In this document: one piece after another, positions 28,099 to 33,070 of the stretch
Layout of the letters: the number at the start of each line of letters is the position of its first letter
Numbering within the stretch: the stretch's first letter is position 1
DNA from: an uncultured Armatimonadia bacterium
GTDB taxonomy: Bacteria; Armatimonadota; Zipacnadia; Zipacnadales; UBA11051
NCBI GenBank assembly: GCA_964433395.1
Contig: CAYSRY010000003.1
Location: forward strand, 303 to 33,372
DNA: 33,070 nucleotides
Direction: 5' to 3'
Translations under genes and position numbers: made by a program
The notes under the pieces: model-generated
What the model saw: the letters and a program-made list of their open reading frames with translations, nothing else
Databases searched by the model: none
What the model was told of the DNA's origin: nothing

Positions 28099-29760
28099 TT
28101 ACTCCATCACCGCACCGGTTGACGCTGACAGCACGTTGCGCGCATAGCGAGACAGCCAGCCGGTTGTCGCTTTCGATTCCGGGGCCTTCCAGGCGGCCCG
28201 GCGTTTCTCAAGCTCTGCGTCGTCTACCAATAACTCCAGCGTGCGCGCATCAAGGTCGACAACGATCTCGTCGCCATCTTCAACCAACGCAAGGTTCCCG
28301 CCTGCAGCCGCTTCGGGAGAAATGTGCCCGATGCACGGTCCACGCGTACCGCCGGAGAATCTGCCGTCCGTCAACAGACCAACGGATTCCTCTTTGCCCA
28401 TACCCGTCAAGGTTGCTGTGGGATTCAACATCTCGCGCATACCGGGACCGCCCTTCGGACCCTCGTAGCGGATGATGACCCATGAACCATCGGCGATCTT
28501 GTCGGCAAGAATTGCCGCCTGCGCCTCTTCCTCGGAATCAAAGCAGATGGCGGTTCCGCGGAAATGGCGCATCTTTTCGGAAACGGCGGACTGCTTAATA
28601 ACCGCACCGTCCGGGCAGAGGTTACCGCGGAGAACGGCTATACCACCTTCTTTCCGATACGCCTGGTCGATCGGACGGATGACGTCGCTATCCGTTACAA
28701 AGCCTTCATCGGCAATTTCCATGATGGTCTTGCCGGTGACGGTAATATTGTCTTCGAGCATCTCCCGGAGCACCGTAAATGCGCCTGCGATGCCGCCGGC
28801 CCAGTCGAAATCTTCCATCATGTACTCCCCGCCGGGGCGCAGATGCGCAATCTGCGGGGTGCTTTTCGATATCTCGTCAAACTCCTCAAGATCGATGTCT
28901 ACCCCGGCCTCGTGCGCAATTGCGGCAAGGTGCAGGCAGGAGTTCGTCGAACCGCCCAGTGCCATGTCCATACGGATTGCGTTACGAAGAGCGGCTTTTG
29001 TCATGATCTGGCGTGCTGTCGTGTCTGACGCAACCAGCTCACAGATCCGGCGACCGCTCTCATACGCAAGACGCTCCTTATTGCCAGAACCAGCAATACC
29101 GGTCCCCACGCCGACCAGACTCATGCCCATGGCCTCGGTGCAGCACGCCATAGTATTGGCTGTATAAAGCCCCTGGCACGAACCTTGCCCGGGACACGCT
29201 TCTGCCTCAAGACAATGAAGCTCTTCCTGTGTGATAACACCGCGCTGAGCCTTGTTGAATGCCTCAAAAGTATCGCGCACCAGCGAAAGGGGACGGCCTT
29301 TAAGACGACCCGAACGCATGGGACCAGCCGTCACGACGATGGCCGGAATGTCCAGTCGGCCCGCTGCCATCAGCATGCCCGGAGTGATCTTGTCACAGTT
29401 GGTCAGAAGTACAAGACCGTCAAAACCGTGCGCGATGGCCATACTTTCAACGGTGTCAGCTATCAGTTCGCGGCTCGGCAGGCTGTAGAACATGCCGGCA
29501 TGGCCCATCGCGACACCGTCGCAGATGGCTGGCGTCCCAAAACTCATCGGCGTCCCGCCGCCTGCGGCGATGCCAAGCTCAACTGAACGCAACAGACGCT
29601 CCATGCCAATGTGCCCCGCTACTATATCGCTGTAGCTGTTGGCGATCCCGATGAAGGGATTGTTGTCAAGCTGGCCCTTGGTATAACCACACGCGTGTAG
29701 CAGTGCGCGCGCGGGAGCACGGCTAATTCCCTGCACTACTGGACCACTGTGCTTTTTCAT
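28099..29760 (-). CDS. ilvD: Dihydroxy-acid dehydratase
   Basis: GGAGG lies upstream of ATG 29760. IlvD/Edd signatures are [28 protein letters not shown] and [12 protein letters not shown]. The protein is 553 aa. Confidence 0.94.
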   Translation of the reverse strand: MKKHSGPVVQGISRAPARALLHACGYTKGQLDNNPFIGIANSYSDIVAGHIGMERLLRSVELGIAAGGGTPMSFGTPAICDGVAMGHAGMFYSLPSRELIADTVESMAIAHGFDGLVLLTNCDKITPGMLMAAGRLDIPAIVVTAGPMRSGRLKGRPLSLVRDTFEAFNKAQRGVITQEELHCLEAEACPGQGSCQGLYTANTMACCTEAMGMSLVGVGTGIAGSGNKERLAYESGRRICELVASDTTARQIMTKAALRNAIRMDMALGGSTNSCLHLAAIAHEAGVDIDLEEFDEISKSTPQIAHLRPGGEYMMEDFDWAGGIAGAFTVLREMLEDNITVTGKTIMEIADEGFVTDSDVIRPIDQAYRKEGGIAVLRGNLCPDGAVIKQSAVSEKMRHFRGTAICFDSEEEAQAAILADKIADGSWVIIRYEGPKGGPGMREMLNPTATLTGMGKEESVGLLTDGRFSGGTRGPCIGHISPEAAAGGNLALVEDGDEIVVDLDARTLELLVDDAELEKRRAAWKAPESKATTGWLSRYARNVLSASTGAVME

Positions 29761-29857
29761 CTTTATGCCTCCATAGCGCTTGGTATTTGCGCAATTGAGA
29801 GTAAACGTTTATTCAAAAGACCGCTTTCGACAGCTGTATCACCAGTTTGCAGATGCG

Positions 29858-29889
29858 AAAAAACCTCCTGTCCACTATGGGACAAGAGG
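29858..29889 (-). terminator. Intrinsic terminator of the T-box leader
   Basis: The minus strand reads CCTCTTGTCC-CATAGT-GGACAGGAGG-TTTTTT, a 10-bp stem with one G-U pair followed by a 6-nt U-tract. Its 5' arm immediately follows the T-box sequence, which allows an alternative antiterminator pairing. Confidence 0.85.
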
Positions 29890-30122
29890 CCTGCTCTTGC
29901 GGTACCACCCAAACTCCCGAGAGGTCACAACGAAACCTCCGGGCTCTCATCTGCGCAATATCGGGCGCACCCGGCCAGGCCTACAGGTACAGTTCAACCT
30001 GGCGGCTCAAGGGCGACATTCCGCAGATCACGGGCACCGTTTCTCACCACATCAACGGCTCTCTCATGCCTCGTGGAGGCTGCGTACTCCTCCCTGTCAA
30101 CGCCATCAGCAATATTCAGATT
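29858..30122 (-). promoter_or_regulatory. T-box riboswitch leader (tRNA-sensing transcription attenuator) controlling the ilvD-ilvB-ilvN-...-ilvC operon
   Basis: The minus strand contains the conserved T-box core GGGTGGTACCGC (+ coordinates 29899-29910). Stem I elements are the GA/K-turn CTGATGG...CTTGAGC, the S-turn GGAGTA...GGAA, the AG bulge GAGAGAGCC, and the distal loop GGTGAGAAACGG. A terminator follows. The supplied ORFs across this region (29749-30296) are overlapping, low-complexity and untranslatable-looking. Confidence 0.8.
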
Positions 30123-30128
30123 TGGTAT

Positions 30129-30157
30129 AGTATAGTACACTGCCTGGCAAGGGTCAA
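30129..30157 (-). promoter_or_regulatory. Sigma70-type promoter of the ilv operon/T-box leader
   Basis: The minus strand reads TTGACC (30157-30152), a 17-nt spacer, then TATACT (30134-30129). The T-box leader begins a few nt downstream. Confidence 0.65.
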
Positions 30158-30187
30158 GAAATTGTCGCTTTTTTTGCCCCACGCAAT

Positions 30188-30205
30188 ACTTATCAGACTT
30201 ATCAG
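30188..30205. repeat. Perfect tandem duplication of a 9-mer (ACTTATCAG x2) in the divergent promoter region
   Basis: Read directly at 30188-30196 and 30197-30205. The first copy overlaps a possible -35 (TTATCA 30190-30195), which lies 16 nt upstream of TATTAT (30212-30217) for the + strand operon. Confidence 0.85.
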
Positions 30206-30297
30206 CCCTTTTATTATTCTGGGCAGGAATGACTTCACTATGGAGCGAATACGCTACATGGAGACGAATCTGTGCTCATGGAAAGGTGGGCAGTAAA

Positions 30298-30813
30298 ATG
30301 TCAGACATCGGCGATCGCATACGCGACGACGAAAATGCGTTCCAGCAACTCGCGGGGGCTATTCCCGGGTTCAAAGGGTATCGCGAAAACGAGATACGGC
30401 GCACTGCAGACAGGCTGGTGCGCGATCATCTCGTCAAGATGCTTGACGAGATCCGTGCCAAGCTCGAAAAAGCCATGCGCGCATCTGGCACCACCAAGTT
30501 GCAGATGACCTCTCAGCTCGGAGCGCTGCAGCGACGGATGACAGCACTCTGCGACCGTGTTGACCATGCAGGGTCCGGCTACACGGGCTTTTTCGATGCC
30601 ATTAAAATTGGTGAAGAAGAGCTTGACCGCATGTATGAGTTTGACGTGTCGCTCAAAAAGAACATTGGCGACATGGACGTGACTGTGGACAAAATCATTA
30701 CGGCAGGCGAAGATTGCCAGGCATCACTCGAAAAGCTTGAAGGCCAGATGGATGAGTTCCGTCAATTGCTCGACAGTCGCGACGATGTCGTCCGAAATAT
30801 TTCAATCGACTGA
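30298..30813 (+). CDS. All-helical/coiled-coil soluble protein of unknown function, first gene of the SPFH operon
   Basis: ATG 30298 is preceded by GAAAGGTGG. The 171-aa protein is charged and helix-prone (LVRDHLVKMLDEIRAKLEKAMRA..., LEKLEGQMDEFRQLLDSRDD). It has no TM segment and no catalytic motif that I recognise. Confidence 0.6.
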   Translation: MSDIGDRIRDDENAFQQLAGAIPGFKGYRENEIRRTADRLVRDHLVKMLDEIRAKLEKAMRASGTTKLQMTSQLGALQRRMTALCDRVDHAGSGYTGFFDAIKIGEEELDRMYEFDVSLKKNIGDMDVTVDKIITAGEDCQASLEKLEGQMDEFRQLLDSRDDVVRNISID

Positions 30814-30885
30814 CCCAGCCTCCCAAAGTCCTGCAGCACCGGGGCGCCGACCAAAGTTATATAGCCTAGCCAGGAGGATGCAGAC

Positions 30886-31884
30886 ATGGCACTCATAGAC
30901 GTTATTGAATGGCGAGACGTTGCTGGCGACGAGATTGTCCACCGCTGGCCGGAATATGGGCCTGGCACTGTCAAACTGGGCGCGCAGCTCACCGTCAGGG
31001 AAAGTCAGGAGGCCGTTTTCTACCGCGACGGCAAAGCACTCGATACATTCAAAGTTGGCCGCCACACTCTCACCACTGCCAACATTCCGTTGCTTCACCG
31101 CCTCATCAATATCCCATTTGGTGGGCAGACGCCATTCCAGGCTGAAGTCTACTTCGTTAACACAAAAACATTCACCGACCTCAAATGGGGTACCGCCTCG
31201 CCGGTCATCTTCCGCGACAGTGAGCTCGACATGGTGCGTCTGCGGGCTTTTGGCGCATACACAATGCGCGTGGCCAATTCCCAGCTTTTCGTCAACGAGG
31301 TCGTAGGCACGCAGCATGCGTACGATACCGAGGCTGTCGGAAGTTGGCTTCGCGATTTCATCGTCGCCCGCTTCAATGATGTGCTGGGCGAGGTCATGGA
31401 GACTGTCCTCGATCTGCCCAAATATTATGATGAAATTGGCGCTGCAATGCGGGCGCGCGTAAGCGAAGATTTCGACAATTACGGTCTCGAACTCATCGAC
31501 TTCCTCATCGAGGCCATCACGCCGCCCGACGCGGTGCTTGAGATGATCGACAAGCGCTCTGGCATGGGTGCGATTGGCGACATGGACCGCTTCATGAAAT
31601 ACCAGACCGCGCAGGCGATCGGTGACATGCCGGGAGCCGAAGGCGGTGGCGGCACAGCCGCGATGGGCATGGGTATGGGTGCTGGCGCCGGCATGGGCGC
31701 TGCGATGATGAGCGCGATGGCACAGGGCATGAACAATGGCCAGCAGCAGGCCCCACCAGCTCCTGCTGCACCTGTCGAAGACGTTGAAACGCGCCTGACC
31801 AAGCTCGCCAGCCTCAAGGAGAAAGGCCTCATCAGCGACGAAGAATTTGCCGCAAAGCGCCAGGCCATTCTCGACGAAATATAG
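30886..31884 (+). CDS. SPFH/band-7 family protein of the YdjI/COG4260 ('virion core protein-like') type, with a Gly/Met-rich linker and a C-terminal SHOCT domain
   Basis: AGGAGG lies upstream of ATG 30886. The N-terminus ALIDVIEWRDVAGDEIVHRWPEYG...LTVRESQEAVFYRDGKALDTFKVGRHTLTTANIPLL is characteristic of this family. A low-complexity GGGGTAAMGMGMGAGAGMGAAMM linker follows. The C-terminal ETRLTKLASLKEKGLISDEEFAAKRQAILDEI matches the SHOCT pattern. Confidence 0.75.
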   Translation: MALIDVIEWRDVAGDEIVHRWPEYGPGTVKLGAQLTVRESQEAVFYRDGKALDTFKVGRHTLTTANIPLLHRLINIPFGGQTPFQAEVYFVNTKTFTDLKWGTASPVIFRDSELDMVRLRAFGAYTMRVANSQLFVNEVVGTQHAYDTEAVGSWLRDFIVARFNDVLGEVMETVLDLPKYYDEIGAAMRARVSEDFDNYGLELIDFLIEAITPPDAVLEMIDKRSGMGAIGDMDRFMKYQTAQAIGDMPGAEGGGGTAAMGMGMGAGAGMGAAMMSAMAQGMNNGQQQAPPAPAAPVEDVETRLTKLASLKEKGLISDEEFAAKRQAILDEI

Positions 31885-31905
31885 CTCCAATTGAGGTGAC
31901 GTGAC

Positions 31906-32472
31906 GTGAAAGTGTTGCTTCTCATCGGCAGTCCGCGAAAAGGTGGAAATACCGATGTTCTCGCCGACGCGTTCGCCGAGGGCGCTGCCGAAATGGGGGC
32001 CGAAGTCGAGAAGATTTATTTCGATGATTGCAATATCCGGCCTGCGCCCGAACTCGGTGATGAGTTTCTCAAACGCGTCGACACTCGCGCCGACGATGAC
32101 TGGCGCAAAGTCGCATATCGCCTGCTTGATGCCGACGTCCTCGTCTGGGGCGCTCCGGTATACTGGCAGGGCGTCCCGGCCCAGATGAAGTGCTTTGCCG
32201 ACCGCTGGTCATGCTACTATGCTGCCAAGTGGCTTAATCAGGGCATGGCCGACAAAATATGGGCGGTCCTGTGCTGCTACGGCCATCCTACGCAGGATGA
32301 AAGCCACTGGGTCACCGAGCCGCTCAAAGCATGGACCAAGCGCTGGCGCGGCACCTACATTGGCGACGTTTGCGTCCAGGTCGCACCCAAGGGGGCTGTC
32401 GCAGACATGCCTGAACACCTCGAAAAAGCCCGGCAACTTGGCCGTGATGCCGCAAAGGCGGCGCTCGCATAG
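31906..32472 (+). CDS. Flavodoxin-like NAD(P)H-dependent FMN reductase family protein
   Basis: GTG 31906 lies 6 nt after GAGGTGA. MKVLLLIGSPRKGGNTDVLADAF is the typical FMN_red/flavodoxin_2 phosphate-binding N-terminus. LVWGAPVYWQGVPAQMKCFADR matches the conserved second motif. Confidence 0.75.
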   Translation: MKVLLLIGSPRKGGNTDVLADAFAEGAAEMGAEVEKIYFDDCNIRPAPELGDEFLKRVDTRADDDWRKVAYRLLDADVLVWGAPVYWQGVPAQMKCFADRWSCYYAAKWLNQGMADKIWAVLCCYGHPTQDESHWVTEPLKAWTKRWRGTYIGDVCVQVAPKGAVADMPEHLEKARQLGRDAAKAALA

Positions 32473-32492
32473 CATCATGCGATAATGCACAG

Positions 32493-32532
32493 AAGGCGCA
32501 CCGGAGATTGCCTCAAAGGTTGCGCCTTTTTT
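32493..32532 (+). terminator. Rho-independent terminator of the SPFH operon
   Basis: AAGGCGCA (32493-32500) pairs with TGCGCCTT (32521-32528). The U-tract TTTTTT runs 32527-32532. Confidence 0.7.
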
Positions 32533-32585
32533 CGTGCGTATATCACCATTATGACTCAAAAATGTAACAGAAGGGGCGTGATCTG

Positions 32586-33070
32586 ATGAGGACAGTATTG
32601 CGAATCACGCTGTTCATTACAATGGTGGGGTTACTTATGCCTGGTTGTGCGCAGCCATATCAAGTTCAGCATCCTGTCATGACACAAGCACCGTTTACCG
32701 TCATCACAACGTCAGATCCCGACAGTCTCTACGCGCGCCACAAAGACGAGTTCGCCAAAGGTCCCGAGGCACTTGCCGCAACCTATCAGGAGGGGGGCCG
32801 CTTCAACGCCGCAAATCGCTCCTACTACGCCCTCCTCACCGATGCTGTCCGTATCTGCAAGGCCAATGGCAACAAGCAGTGCCGCGACAGTGCCGAGGCC
32901 ATGCTCCGCGCTGCTGTCAAGCCATATTACGACATGTCCGAACGCGAGCTGCGCGCTCAGAACGACACCGAGGGCGCCTTCAACGATGCCAATCTCTACA
33001 TGAAAGAGTTCGCGTACGATTTCGCCCTTCTTTATCATCTGACCGGCGACAAACACGCCGCCACGCAGGC
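32586..33070 (+). CDS. Lipoprotein of unknown function, 3'-truncated by the window edge (not in the supplied ORF track)
   Basis: ATG 32586 lies 9 nt after AAGGGG. I translated it by hand as MRTVLRITLFITMVGLLMPGCAQPYQ..., a signal peptide with a lipobox Cys. The frame stays open to position 33070, and third codon positions are GC-rich as in neighbouring genes. Confidence 0.6.
   Translation, partial: MRTVLRITLFITMVGLLMPGCAQPYQVQHPVMTQAPFTVITTSDPDSLYARHKDEFAKGPEALAATYQEGGRFNAANRSYYALLTDAVRICKANGNKQCRDSAEAMLRAAVKPYYDMSERELRAQNDTEGAFNDANLYMKEFAYDFALLYHLTGDKHAATQ

Noticed and set aside
29749-30296. Three overlapping + strand ORFs (128, 116 and 149 aa) between ilvD and the 30298 gene
   Set aside because: The region is explained by the minus-strand promoter, T-box leader and terminator. 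The ORFs overlap one another in different frames and have no RBS.
30802-31890. 362-aa ORF on the minus strand, exactly antisense to the SPFH gene
   Set aside because: It is a mirror ORF of a GC-rich coding region. Its translation is low-complexity and Arg/His/Ala-rich (HRAHHRSAHAGASTHTHAHRGCAA), with no start context. The + strand product has clear family motifs.
1-33070. Search for CRISPR arrays, IS or transposase ends, integrases, toxin-antitoxin pairs and known defence genes
   Set aside because: I found no regularly spaced repeats, no long terminal inverted repeats, and no recombinase, transposase or restriction-like motifs on either strand. The only repeats are the short tandem and direct repeats reported above.

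Overview
The window looks like an ordinary chromosomal segment of a mid-GC bacterium. I saw no CRISPR array, transposase, integrase, rRNA gene or convincing tRNA gene. About 23 genes are densely packed.

Gene order:
(1) 279-9318 (+): one giant secreted multidomain M6/InhA-like zinc metalloprotease of about 3,000 aa, split into two ORFs by a single frame change near 6225-6243.
(2) A small lipoprotein and a PQQ-like beta-propeller protein, both secreted.
(3) mnmE and a DMT/EamA-type permease (-).
(4) A LonC-like protease with a degenerate Walker A (+), closed by its own terminator.
(5) A translationally coupled pair: a Clp1/Grc3-like P-loop polynucleotide kinase and a YhaM-like OB-fold/HD nuclease.
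(6) An ECF sigma, a zf-HC2 anti-sigma and a LolA/RseB-like protein, facing a convergent secreted protein of unknown function.
(7) trxB and a membrane protein.
(8) A minus-strand ilvD-ilvB-ilvN-[pentapeptide-repeat protein]-[small membrane protein]-ilvC operon. It is driven by a sigma70-type promoter and carries a clearly recognisable T-box leader with an intrinsic terminator.
(9) An operon of a helical protein, an SPFH (YdjI/COG4260-like) protein with a SHOCT tail, and a flavodoxin-like reductase.
(10) A 3'-truncated lipoprotein ORF that is missing from the supplied ORF track.

The candidates most worth follow-up are the Clp1-like kinase/YhaM-like nuclease pair, the frameshifted mega-protease, the two unrelated envelope genes embedded in the T-box-controlled ilv operon, and the SPFH-SHOCT operon. 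All product calls come from motifs read by eye. No database search was possible.
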